DNA from: Acidimicrobiaceae bacterium
GTDB lineage: Bacteria > Actinomycetota > Acidimicrobiia > Acidimicrobiales > Aldehydirespiratoraceae
Assembly (NCBI GenBank): GCA_026710865.1
Contig: JAPOQG010000049.1
Location: 1 to 52,580, forward strand
Length of the DNA: 52,580 nt
Reading direction: 5' to 3'
In this document: positions 17,639 through 27,145 of the stretch, piece after piece
Numbering within the stretch: position 1 is the first letter of the stretch
Layout: each line of letters starts with the position of its first letter
The notes under the pieces: generated by a model
Told to the model about the DNA's origin: nothing
The model's input: only the letters and a program-made list of their open reading frames with translations
Databases searched by the model: none
Made by a program: the position numbers and the translations under genes

Positions 17639-18510
17639 GCCTCCCGTACGACCCCGAGGCTGTGTGGATGAAGGCCAAGAACTTCATCAATCGCAGCTTT
17701 GACGCTCTCGATGACGATGACTTCCCGCGAGCAGCGCTCTGGGCAGCGAACTCCTTGGAACTGCTCGCAGGTTCGACCCTGTGCCAGATCAACCCGCTGC
17801 TCGTCGCAGATCCATCAGACGACGGACGAAGTCTGATGCTGGCCGCCGGCCTGCCCGGAGACACGACCAGGTATCGCAGCATTCCAGCGAAGGCGCTCTT
17901 TAGTAGGTGTGCGCGTGCGTTCAGACCCTTCAACCGCGAGGAAGCGATGGAAATCGCGGCGCAGCGAAATGCCGAACTGCACTCGGGCGCAACCCCGTAC
18001 AGCGAGATCAAGGACCGTCAATCATGGTGGGAACGGTTCTGGTCGAACGCTGAGACGCTGCTGGACCATCGGGGATGCTCTATAGAAGACTTCGTCGGAC
18101 CCGGCCGTAGCGCCGACGTACAAGCACACCTGCTACGAGGCAAGCAGAATGTGCGGCGTCGGGTCGACTCGCTCGTGGAAGCAGCAGACCAACGCCTGGC
18201 GCTAGGCATAGCGCCACCCAAGCGGCTGGGCATCATTCCTGAATTGGACAGCTACGTCGAATGTCCAGTCTGCGGAGATGCCGCGCTATTGGGCGGTGAC
18301 GACATTGAGCACAGTGAGCTTGTTGTCGATGGAGATCAAGACGGCATATGGGGTTACGAGCTTGTCCAAGTTGAGGCCGATTGCTTCCAGTGCGAGAACT
18401 GCGGGCTCATGCTCGAAGGGTGGGCTTACATCAGTGCGGCCGGTCTTCCCACGACCTTTGAAATTGAGCGCCCATACGAGCCCGACGACGACTACTACCT
18501 AAACGAGTAG
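17635..18510 (+). CDS. Hypothetical protein, HEPN-like N-terminus and C-terminal Zn ribbon
   Basis: Helical N-terminus with LELLA and RNAELH (Rx4H); CPVC...CENC; ATGA overlap with the upstream gene. Confidence 0.65.
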   Translation: MSLPYDPEAVWMKAKNFINRSFDALDDDDFPRAALWAANSLELLAGSTLCQINPLLVADPSDDGRSLMLAAGLPGDTTRYRSIPAKALFSRCARAFRPFNREEAMEIAAQRNAELHSGATPYSEIKDRQSWWERFWSNAETLLDHRGCSIEDFVGPGRSADVQAHLLRGKQNVRRRVDSLVEAADQRLALGIAPPKRLGIIPELDSYVECPVCGDAALLGGDDIEHSELVVDGDQDGIWGYELVQVEADCFQCENCGLMLEGWAYISAAGLPTTFEIERPYEPDDDYYLNE

Positions 18511-18695
18511 TTCCGCGACCTCGACCATCGCCCGTCAAAGGGAGCCTGCCCGCCGCGGCGTGGAGATGACGCCCTTTTTCGGTGGCAACTGGCGCAAGCT
18601 GAGACGACCACGAAGCATGATCGATCGGCGTTACGGGCGTGAGCGCGGTGAATTCGCTCGTGCTGCAGGAAATACAGATGAAACAGGATCCTTAC

Positions 18696-19943
18696 TCATA
18701 CGGCTGGCTGTTGATACCTAGGCACCTCATTCACGAGTTCCGGTGTGTAGGCAAGCAGTATCGCGCCAGTGAGCCACCAGCCTCGGTAGATCAGGCGACG
18801 CGCAGTGCTGGGATCAACTCGCTTGAGTGTTGTGGGGTAGTTCGCGAGTTCTGCCACTCCATCGTCGGGCTCAGAAGGGTTCCTGTCAACGAAGTCGGAC
18901 AGAGCTGCAACGTTGGACGCTGGCACATCTCGGGGATGTGGGCTCCGCAACGTGAAGAGGCATCCATCAAGACCATTGAGATTCTGCGACTTGAATTCGT
19001 CGAGGAGGCTGCGCGAGCGCAGTGAGGCCACTTGCTGATAGAGAACGCTGTTCGCGCGCCATACGTCTCCAACGAGTGGCACGCGGCCGGCACGCGGCGA
19101 AGGGTTGAAACTCCCCCCGGCATTGACGACGATGCAGAACAGGTCCCGCATTTCGTCACGCACCTTCAGCGCGTCCGCCCCAAGGTTGTCGTAGACGCCT
19201 CCGTCAACAAGCTCGGGCGCGCCGACCTCTGCCTGACACGGTAGTGAGAGATCATCCAGGATGGTGGTGTTAAACGGTCCGGGCACGGCGCATGACCATG
19301 CAACCGCGTCAGCAACACGGAGTCCTAACGTCTTCGTTGCCTTGCTTCCGGTGATGTAGTCACCGACCAGATCTTGCGTGAATCGGAACCTTGTCCCTGC
19401 CGTGAGATTCGCGGCACTGATCTCAAACCAGGTCCCAGTCGGGAGTTCATCGAGTCGAGTGTGGCCGAACAGAGTCGTGGAAAGTCGTTGTGCGAGGAGG
19501 TCCGTGCGCGATCTCCAAGGCCCGAGCACTTGCCATGAACGAACGATGAGATCATGCTGCAGCGAGCGGCGCGTAACGATGCGTAGGAGCGGGACGGTGA
19601 CCAGCTCATCGAATGCACCACGAGTGAACCCGTGTGCCCGCAGTTGGTCCCATCTGAGAGCTACTAGGCCGGCAGCGATTGAGCCGCCGGACACTGAAGT
19701 CAAGTGACGGACATCCCCGAGACGACCGATGTCGGCGAGAAGCCGAAGCGTTCCAAGACCCACAAGAGTGGCTCGTAGGCCGCCACCAGAGAGCGCCACT
19801 CCAAGCGGTCGCTGTCCGGGCGCCAGGCAATCAAGGGCGCTACGCGCTGGTGCTGGAGCCTCGCAAGGTTGACGCCGAATGGACGGAGCGAGATCCTGGC
19901 CCGTTGTTATTCTTCTTCGTGGGAGGATGTGCCGTCGGCTCAT
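18696..19943 (-). CDS. Patatin-like phospholipase
   Basis: ALSGGGLRA, TSVSGGS nucleophile elbow, DGGVYDNLG; start ATG 19943 overlaps the JAB stop (ATGA). Confidence 0.9.
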   Translation of the reverse strand: MSRRHILPRRRITTGQDLAPSIRRQPCEAPAPARSALDCLAPGQRPLGVALSGGGLRATLVGLGTLRLLADIGRLGDVRHLTSVSGGSIAAGLVALRWDQLRAHGFTRGAFDELVTVPLLRIVTRRSLQHDLIVRSWQVLGPWRSRTDLLAQRLSTTLFGHTRLDELPTGTWFEISAANLTAGTRFRFTQDLVGDYITGSKATKTLGLRVADAVAWSCAVPGPFNTTILDDLSLPCQAEVGAPELVDGGVYDNLGADALKVRDEMRDLFCIVVNAGGSFNPSPRAGRVPLVGDVWRANSVLYQQVASLRSRSLLDEFKSQNLNGLDGCLFTLRSPHPRDVPASNVAALSDFVDRNPSEPDDGVAELANYPTTLKRVDPSTARRLIYRGWWLTGAILLAYTPELVNEVPRYQQPAV

Positions 19944-20422
19944 CGGCCCGGCACTTCTCTGACGATGCGGACTGCGCACGAACGGCTGCGTAGTCGGGTG
20001 GTGACGAGGCCGTATGGGATCCACTCGTTCTCATGTCTTGCGACGACGATGCTCGCCATCGTCCGGCCGTACTGTCGGCCTAGCCGTGCTACTGAGCGCC
20101 GATCGGTCAGGCTGGGCGGACTGTTCGCCAAGTGGAGGTGCCAATCGCCGATGAATCCGACGGGCGAGCCAGCCGGAAAGTGGCGTCGGACTTCGTCCAA
20201 GCGAGACTGCGCTGCTTCGCGGCGGAACATGTACGAGGTGGGGGTCGCGTCTTGATCTGGTACCTCCGCCACTCCGACCACTTGAACATCCCCGCGCTCG
20301 CGGAAGCCCAGCAGGATCCCGCCCGTCTCGACCGACTTGGCGCTGTCCACGACCTGGAGCAGGTCATGCCATGCTCTATCGGTGATGTCGATGCGAGGAG
20401 AACGTCGTCGCGTCGCAGTCAC
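19940..20422 (-). CDS. JAB/MPN+ metalloprotease (Cap3-like)
   Basis: ETGGILLG and GDWHLHLANSPPSLTD (E...HxH...SxxD). Confidence 0.92.
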   Translation of the reverse strand: MTATRRRSPRIDITDRAWHDLLQVVDSAKSVETGGILLGFRERGDVQVVGVAEVPDQDATPTSYMFRREAAQSRLDEVRRHFPAGSPVGFIGDWHLHLANSPPSLTDRRSVARLGRQYGRTMASIVVARHENEWIPYGLVTTRLRSRSCAVRIVREVPGR

Positions 20423-21960
20423 TAGGTCACCGTTCCTACTGCTTGATAGGGGACGTCAGGCTGGGGAATGCGGACTTGGACGATGCTGTCGGGGAGAGCA
20501 AGATCTCCGGTCAGCAGATCAATGACGTGGCGACTCGCTAGTCCTGCCGCCTCCATGACGGCTGCCGCCGGAGTCGTAGATACTGGATCACCGCATCCGC
20601 TCTCACGAAGTTCAAGCTCGCCATCCGGGTGCGCTGGGATTGGGCTTGGAGCTTGCTGGTCATGGCGGGGCCATCGATCGCTTCGAATGACACCCCCGGA
20701 TCGATGCACCGCTACAGTCACGACCGACGAGGGAATGTTGTTAGCTCTCGCCACGTCGTGGAGATGCACTAGTAGCCCTCGCACGTTGTCATCTGCTGTC
20801 GCGTCAACGACGACATCCGACTGCTCGAGCAACTCGGCGGCAAGGGCCGGATCAAGTTTCTTCGTCGTTTGGCGTGCGCGACCAGCAGTCATGAGCTTCG
20901 AGTTCGTTATCACTTCTTGGACTGCTGTGGTCTTCGGACTTCCGATGTGGCCGTAACCAGCAAGGTGACGTATGCAGTTCCCCGGTCTGAGCACATCGTC
21001 GTCTACGAGATGAAGACTCCCGATACCAGCCCGAGCTAGGAGATCGGCCAGGAACGACCCCACGGCCCCGACTCCCACAATCGCAACCGTGCTTCTCCTG
21101 AGTGCGCGGACCGTTCGAGGGTTGCCTGCCCGCATTCGCCGAGTGTCGTCGTCGTCCGCCGCAGAAGATGCGGCGTGAAGTTGGATCTCTGAGTGTTGAA
21201 CAGCAAGAAACAAGACCAGCACTCCCTGATGGCCTTGACGCTGATAGCGAAGAGCAAGGAACTCATATGCCCCGGCGCGGATCCTCTTCTCCACCCCGGT
21301 CGCATGAGGACCTAGTAGGGCACGCACGCTCGACCAGCTGTGAACGGGCTTGTCGAGTTCACCAATGTCGCCGACCCATCCCCACCGGCGCCTACGTCTT
21401 GTGCCCCGACGGCCAAAACGCTTGTTGCTCGGGAGCGAGCCGACCCGATCAATGTGAAGCCAGTTCTCTCGGCGCACGGCCGCCGAGACGGGCCTATGGA
21501 GAAACTCGGTGATGTCGCTATAGGTCACGAACATGTCAACTTGAGGGAAGTAGCGCTCCACATCTAGATCCGGTGGGTCGGCCGGCCAGCCATCGGCGGC
21601 GTTCTGGAACCAGGCCTGAATCCGACTGAAGAGTTGGTCAACATCCTGCCAGGGTCGATCAGCCACGTTGCGGCGCCCGTAGAGGCAGAGACCCCAGTCT
21701 GGATCGTGATGCCAAGTGTGCGCGGAGAGCATCGAGACATCCGTGACCTTCGGCGGCTCAAATGGGAATGCATCGGGAATCCAAATCTCGAGGTCAACGG
21801 TGGTAGGCATCCCGCTGAGGCCAACGACCTCAAGCTGGCCCTCCCACTTGCCTTCACTCTGCATCGGCGAGAAGCCGCGGGTCTCAAGCTCGGCTACGAA
21901 GCTCTTCTGTGTCTCGGCAAGTGACTCTGCCCATAGCGGACAGTGCGTTGGGTCGATCAC
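20422..21960 (-). CDS. E2 (UBC-like) - E1 (ThiF) fusion, Cap2-like
   Basis: E2: FPFEPPKV...WHHDPDWGLCLY. E1: GVGAVGS, DDDVLRPGNCIRH, VVDATAD, ESGCGDP. Confidence 0.9.
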   Translation of the reverse strand: MIDPTHCPLWAESLAETQKSFVAELETRGFSPMQSEGKWEGQLEVVGLSGMPTTVDLEIWIPDAFPFEPPKVTDVSMLSAHTWHHDPDWGLCLYGRRNVADRPWQDVDQLFSRIQAWFQNAADGWPADPPDLDVERYFPQVDMFVTYSDITEFLHRPVSAAVRRENWLHIDRVGSLPSNKRFGRRGTRRRRRWGWVGDIGELDKPVHSWSSVRALLGPHATGVEKRIRAGAYEFLALRYQRQGHQGVLVLFLAVQHSEIQLHAASSAADDDDTRRMRAGNPRTVRALRRSTVAIVGVGAVGSFLADLLARAGIGSLHLVDDDVLRPGNCIRHLAGYGHIGSPKTTAVQEVITNSKLMTAGRARQTTKKLDPALAAELLEQSDVVVDATADDNVRGLLVHLHDVARANNIPSSVVTVAVHRSGGVIRSDRWPRHDQQAPSPIPAHPDGELELRESGCGDPVSTTPAAAVMEAAGLASRHVIDLLTGDLALPDSIVQVRIPQPDVPYQAVGTVT

Positions 21961-23153
21961 CGCCGCGCGTAGGGTCGATCACCGCCGCGCACGTATTCCT
22001 CACCGGGATCAACCTTGGAGGCATTCCGGACGGTGCCGATGGATCGCCACCGTTCTGCCCGGTCTGCGCTTGACTCGCTGATGACACTCTTGCCATTCTC
22101 GTCCCAGCTGATGGTCAGGGGGTCGCTCTGGGAACCGTCGGCGTAGTCACTGGTGTAGTAGATGGCGTCATCGCCAACGATGCTCTTGTAAACATCCCGT
22201 GCGTCGTCATGGGGTGGGTCAGTGTCGTCGTCAGAAATGTCGTCGAACGATCGGGCGCTCACAACGACGACTGCACCATCGGCCGCGTAGCGCCGTAGAT
22301 CGTCCGCTGCGTCGGCATCGACCCAATCGTCTCCGTCCTTGCGCCGGACAGCGTTGCGGGAGCAATGATGCGGGGCTAGCAGTAGATCCCACCACAGGCG
22401 ACCGTCGTTCCCAGAGCGTTCGGTCTTGTCCACGAACGCCTCGATCTGCATGTACTCCAGATCACCCAGCAGCAAGAGTCGCTTGCCAGCCGCGTAACCG
22501 CTCATGAATTGTATCTGGACACCTAGCGACGACGAATTGCGGCTGCCGTCCTCGGTGTCGCTGCGGAACGGCGTATGGACGAAGACCTCAATTTCGTCGC
22601 TTCGATCTTCGGTGTTGATCGTAGCAAGGAGTTGTCCGGCACTCGTCAGTAGGGCCGAGGGAAAGTCCTTCCAGTCGTCGTCATCGAGGAGGTCAGCGTT
22701 GCCGATCACCTGCAGACGATCCCCAACGGCAGCGCGAGTGCCGGTAGCTGCAGCCTCGATCTCCTTCTCGCGGCGGCGGCACGCCTCGTCGTAGACCGCT
22801 TGACCAGCCTCGGTGAGGCCGTCCCCATCAACTTCGATGAAGCTGCGAAGCGTCACCCAGAGCTCCTCAACGACAACCTCTTCAATGAGCCGCTCGAAAC
22901 CCGAGCAGTGATCCTCGTCGTGATGGGTAATCGCCAGCACCGACAAGCGAGGTTCACCATCTGCTGCGAGGGGCAGAACCTCTACCAGCCGATCTACGAC
23001 AGGTACTCGTTCATCGTCCTCTTCATCAGCAGCAGCCCGATGATTGACATCGATTTGAAGGACCGTGGCATCGTCCACCACGATCGTAGTTGCGTCGCCA
23101 TTTCCGACTGGCCAAAAGACCACTCCCATTTGTGGCAGCTGCCATGAACTCAT
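21957..23153 (-). CDS. ComEC/Rec2-like metallo-beta-lactamase-fold hydrolase with C-terminal tail
   Basis: PVGNGDA, THHDEDHCSG, LLGDLE, PHHCS; strong RBS GAGGAGG upstream. Confidence 0.9.
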   Translation of the reverse strand: MSSWQLPQMGVVFWPVGNGDATTIVVDDATVLQIDVNHRAAADEEDDERVPVVDRLVEVLPLAADGEPRLSVLAITHHDEDHCSGFERLIEEVVVEELWVTLRSFIEVDGDGLTEAGQAVYDEACRRREKEIEAAATGTRAAVGDRLQVIGNADLLDDDDWKDFPSALLTSAGQLLATINTEDRSDEIEVFVHTPFRSDTEDGSRNSSSLGVQIQFMSGYAAGKRLLLLGDLEYMQIEAFVDKTERSGNDGRLWWDLLLAPHHCSRNAVRRKDGDDWVDADAADDLRRYAADGAVVVVSARSFDDISDDDTDPPHDDARDVYKSIVGDDAIYYTSDYADGSQSDPLTISWDENGKSVISESSADRAERWRSIGTVRNASKVDPGEEYVRGGDRPYARR

Positions 23154-23530
23154 GAGATCTCCTCCTCACTGGTCGTACGTCTTGTGAAACATCCCACCCC
23201 ACCCTCCAGTGTGGTGATGGGGTGTGACAAGCTTCTGCCCCGCTCGGCAAATGCCCCGTGTCGTCCCGTGCTCTACTTCTAGGACGCCCACTCCTCAGCA
23301 TGGATTCGATTGCCGAATCCCGAGATGGCTACCAGTTGACCGGCTTGCGCCACAGTCATGGCTTCCGTCTCGCCTGCAGCGTCCCTTAGAGGCAAATCAC
23401 AGGGATGTAGCCCGAGTGTACGTGGACAGGACTCCCAAGGCAACGCTGCCCGCCAACCAAGCTGTCGCCCTAGTCGAAGTAGGCTCTACGCGAACCCTCC
23501 ACACAGGCCAGCGGCTCTCGCACACGACCC

Positions 23531-23564
23531 TCCATTGGATCTATATTAGAATATCCATTAGAAG
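23531..23564 (+). repeat. Candidate integrase arm-type sites (right arm)
   Basis: TCCATTGG, TATATTAGAA and ATCCATTAGAAG in tandem; same motif as 4756-4778. Confidence 0.65.
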
Positions 23565-23581
23565 ATCGGCTTGAGCGCGAC

Positions 23582-23619
23582 AAAGCCCAGACCAGCGCAT
23601 GTGCTCTGACCTGGGCTTT
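23582..23619 (-). terminator. Hairpin downstream of tRNA-fMet
   Basis: AAAGCCCAG...CTGGGCTTT inverted repeat directly after the CCA end. Confidence 0.6.
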
Positions 23620-23622
23620 CTT

Positions 23623-23699
<77 letters not shown>

Positions 23700-23757
23700 G
23701 AGCGATTCTACCGGCCGTCGCTTGCGGCCCGCAACGCCTCGGAGCCTGTTGGTGGCG

Positions 23758-24528
23758 CTACTTCGGGGGTAGGCGGATCCCGGCGTCGACCCTGATGGTC
23801 TCGCCGTTGAGGTAGTCGTTGGTGAGGAGCTCCATCACCATCGAGGCCAGCTCGTCGGCGGTGCCCAGCCGTTTGGGGAACAGCACGCCCTCGGCCAGGC
23901 GGGCCTTGAACTGCTCGGCCTCCTCCCCTTTGCCGTAGATGGGCGTGTCGATCAGCCCCGGCGCGATGGTGTTGATCCTCACCCCGATGGGCACCAGGTC
24001 CCGGGCTATCGGCAGGGTCATGCCCACCACGCCGCCCTTGGAGGCCGAGTAGGCGTTCTGGCCGGTCTGGCCGTCGAAGGCTGCCACCGACGCCATGTTC
24101 ACGATCGCCCCCCGCTGGCCGTCGGCGTCCACCGGCTCGGTGCGGGCCATGGCCGCGGCCGCCAGGCGGATGCAGTTGAACGTTCCGATCAGGTTGGTGG
24201 CCACCACCCGCTCGAACCGCTCCAGCGGCATCGGCTGGCCGTGGCGGTCCACCGTGCGCACCGCGGAGGCGATCCCGGCCGAGTTGACCAGCACCCGCAG
24301 CGGCCCCAGCTCGCCGGCGGCGTCGACCGCCGCCTGCACCGGCTCCTCCTCGGCCACATGGCCCTCCACGAACAGGCCGCCGACCTCGCGGGCCGCCTCG
24401 GCGCCCTGGGTCGCCTGGAGGTCGATGATCACGCACTGCGCGCCCAGCCCCGCCAGCCGCCGAGCGCACGCCCGCCCGATACCCGACGCGCCGCCGGTGA
24501 CGATGGCCGCAGCCCCTGACAGTTCCAT
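23758..24528 (-). CDS. SDR oxidoreductase, 3-hydroxyacyl-CoA dehydrogenase type 2 (HSD10-like)
   Basis: TGGASGIG, ASVAAFDGQ, YSASKGG, YLNGETIRVD. Confidence 0.92.
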   Translation of the reverse strand: MELSGAAAIVTGGASGIGRACARRLAGLGAQCVIIDLQATQGAEAAREVGGLFVEGHVAEEEPVQAAVDAAGELGPLRVLVNSAGIASAVRTVDRHGQPMPLERFERVVATNLIGTFNCIRLAAAAMARTEPVDADGQRGAIVNMASVAAFDGQTGQNAYSASKGGVVGMTLPIARDLVPIGVRINTIAPGLIDTPIYGKGEEAEQFKARLAEGVLFPKRLGTADELASMVMELLTNDYLNGETIRVDAGIRLPPK

Positions 24529-24606
24529 GTCGATCCCCTTCGGTCGGAGCCCGCCAACCCGCACAACCTAGAGGTCGAACAGACGCCTCGCAGGACGCGG
24601 AGGCCC

Positions 24607-26700
24607 TCAGTCGGCCAGGACCCGGGCCACGTCGTCCATCAGCGGCAGGCCGCCCGGCGGGCCCAGCACGGTGATCTGGTCGTCGGCCTCCAGCACCAGG
24701 CCGGCCTCGGCCCGCAGCACCCGGCCCTCGCGGCTCACCGCCTCCAGGAAGAAGCCGCTGTCGATGCTCAGCGCGTCCACCCGGCGGCCGATCAGCGCCG
24801 CGGTCGACAGCTCCGGCAGCAGCGGGTACTGGCCGATCGACAGGTCCGGCAGCAGGGCCTCCTTCACCTCGGCCTCATACGCGGCCTCGGCCACCGCCTC
24901 AGCCCGGTCCGAGTGCAGGTAGGCGGCCAGCTCGCCGGCCAGGCGCAGCACCCGGCCCGGCTCCGCACTGCACCCGGCCAGGAAGAACAGCGCCTTCACC
25001 TGCTCGTCCCGGCCGCCCCAGGCCGCCGGGATGCGGATGCCGCCCGCGGCCCGCACGATCACCAGGTAGTCGTCGTCGGTGTCGAAGAAGGCCACCGGCG
25101 TGGCGGTGGGATGCAGCTCCGAGGGCTGGATCCACAGCGACCCCGACTCCAGGAACCGGTCGGTCACCGTGGCCACGTCCACGCTCGTCTGGGTCGACAG
25201 GACCTCGGAGGCTCGCACCGCAGCCTCGTTGATGTCGGTGCCCTGGGGGATGCTCACCACCGCGGCCCGGGCGATCAGCCCCGGGTACTCGTCGCCGGCC
25301 CGCACGCCGTGGCTCTGCACTGCGGCGCTCAGCTCGCGGTCGAGGCCCCGGTCCACCAGCTTCCCCCAACGCTCGAACACGTGGTAGATGGCGCCGCCGT
25401 GCAGCGAGCGGGTGCGCCCGTAGAACAGGTAGCCGGCCACCCCCAGCACCACCGACGCCCCGGTCAGCAGCAGCGCCACCGCTCCCAGCTCGACGATCAG
25501 GTACACGTCGATGACGATCCCGGCCAGCTGCAGGTAGGGGAACAGCGGAGCGGTGAACCCCGGCGCGTAGGAGGCGATGCGCGACGCCCGCAGCACCAGC
25601 ACCGCCGAGTTCACCAGCGCCAGCGTCAGCAGCACGAAGGCGCTGGCCACCTTGGCGATGGCGGCCACATCCAGGGCCAGGACGACCACGGCCATCCCCG
25701 CCCCGGTGAGCGCCACCCCCCAGGCCGGGGTGTTGAACCGGTTGAGCCGGCCGAGCCTCTCGCCCACCAGCCGGTCCCGGCTCATGGCCAGCGGGTAGCG
25801 GGCCGCGGCCAGGAGCCCGGCGTTGGTGGCCGACGAGAAGGCGGCCAGCGCGGCCATCACCACCAGCACCGCGCCCGCGGTGGGCAGCACCTCCTCCGCG
25901 GCGGTGTAGATCGGGGCCAGGTCGTCGTGCAGCTGCGACGGCGGCACCACCGCCACCGCCACCAGCACCCCCAGGGTGTACAGGGCGGTGCTCACCAGCA
26001 GCGACAGCGCCATCCCCAAGGGGATGTTGCGGGACGGGTCGTTGATCTCCTCGGCCGCGCTGGCCACCTTGGTGAGACCTCCGTAGGACACGAACACGAG
26101 CCCGATCACGCTGACCAGCCCGCCCACCCCGTCGGCGAAGAACGGATCCAGCGCACCGCCGCCCCCCGAGCCCGCCTGGCCGAGTCCGGCCACGACGAAC
26201 CAGCCCATCACGGCCAGCACGAAGCCCACCAGCAGAAGCTGCACCAGGGCGCTGGCCCGGGTGCCCAGGATGTTGACGACGGTGAAGCCCGCGATCAGCA
26301 CCACCGCCAGCGGCTTGGCCGGCACGTCGAGGACGATGTTGAGGTAGGCGCTCATGCCGACCAGCGCGAAGGCGTCCTTGAGCACCAGCGACAGCCAGGT
26401 GGCCATTCCCGAGACGGTCCCCACCGCCGGCCCGTAGGCCCGCACCAGGAAGTAGTAGGCGCCCCCGGCCCGGGGCATGGCGGTGGACAGCTCGGCCACG
26501 CTCAACATGGCGGGCACGGCCACCACCCCGGCCAGCGCGTAGGCCAGCACCGCGCTGGGCCCGGCCTCGGCCGCGGCCAGCCCCGGCAGCAGGAACAGGC
26601 CCGAGCTGAGCATCGCGCCGGTGCTCAGGACGAACACATGGCGAAGCCCCAGCGAGCGGGCCAGCCCGCCGGCCGGCCCGCCTGCGCCGCGCTCGTTCAC
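24607..26700 (-). CDS. APC-family amino acid permease with C-terminal cytoplasmic domains (PTS-IIA-like, TrkA-C-like)
   Basis: GAMLSSGLFLLPG, AELSTAMPRAGGAY, EEINDPSRNIP, ~12 hydrophobic segments, then a soluble tail ending in LVLEADDQITVLG. Confidence 0.85.
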   Translation of the reverse strand: MNERGAGGPAGGLARSLGLRHVFVLSTGAMLSSGLFLLPGLAAAEAGPSAVLAYALAGVVAVPAMLSVAELSTAMPRAGGAYYFLVRAYGPAVGTVSGMATWLSLVLKDAFALVGMSAYLNIVLDVPAKPLAVVLIAGFTVVNILGTRASALVQLLLVGFVLAVMGWFVVAGLGQAGSGGGGALDPFFADGVGGLVSVIGLVFVSYGGLTKVASAAEEINDPSRNIPLGMALSLLVSTALYTLGVLVAVAVVPPSQLHDDLAPIYTAAEEVLPTAGAVLVVMAALAAFSSATNAGLLAAARYPLAMSRDRLVGERLGRLNRFNTPAWGVALTGAGMAVVVLALDVAAIAKVASAFVLLTLALVNSAVLVLRASRIASYAPGFTAPLFPYLQLAGIVIDVYLIVELGAVALLLTGASVVLGVAGYLFYGRTRSLHGGAIYHVFERWGKLVDRGLDRELSAAVQSHGVRAGDEYPGLIARAAVVSIPQGTDINEAAVRASEVLSTQTSVDVATVTDRFLESGSLWIQPSELHPTATPVAFFDTDDDYLVIVRAAGGIRIPAAWGGRDEQVKALFFLAGCSAEPGRVLRLAGELAAYLHSDRAEAVAEAAYEAEVKEALLPDLSIGQYPLLPELSTAALIGRRVDALSIDSGFFLEAVSREGRVLRAEAGLVLEADDQITVLGPPGGLPLMDDVARVLAD

Positions 26701-27145
26701 GTACCTCTCGCGGGACCGGCCATCTCCAAACCTAACCCGGCCGGCGGCAGCCGCTCAAACACCACCGGCGCGACCTGCTGCGGGACACTTCATCAACGGC
26801 ATCGACTCCAACCCGGCCACCGGAAGCCGCTCGACCACCACCCGCGCCAAGGCCGGGCCCGCACCGGTCTGCGGCAACAGAACGCATCGGAACCGACGGC
26901 GGGATTGCCTTCAGCGCGCTCGCAGCCGGGCTCGCTGCGGGCCTGGGCGAAGGAGTCCCACCTGGCACGCCCCACGAACACGCCCGTCGAGCACAGCCGC
27001 ATGGGTGGCGCCATCGTCCCAGCCCTGCTCGCCCCGGGCGCCCCGCGCTCAGTGAACGGGGACTCCCCGATCAATTCACCCAGCCCTGCCCGCCCCGGGC
27101 GCCCCGCCGTGGCGCGGGCCCGGTAGCGGGGCTGACGCCGCTAGC

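Noticed and set aside
18696-23153. Canonical type II CBASS or Bil/Bub ubiquitination system
   Set aside because: No CD-NTase (no GS...DxD nucleotidyltransferase motif) and no ubiquitin-like ORF in or beside the operon; the first gene is an MBL hydrolase.
23154-23530. Small regulator (CapW/CapH-like) or Ubl gene upstream of the MBL operon
   Set aside because: The short ORFs there show no HTH, WYL or beta-grasp features; probably promoter DNA.
24913-27126. Long antisense or alternate-frame ORFs (e.g. 24913-27126, 29569-31581, 38595-40952, 41322-43403, 6415-8103, 15853-16614)
   Set aside because: Shadow ORFs of high-GC codon usage overlapping well-supported genes; no recognisable motifs.
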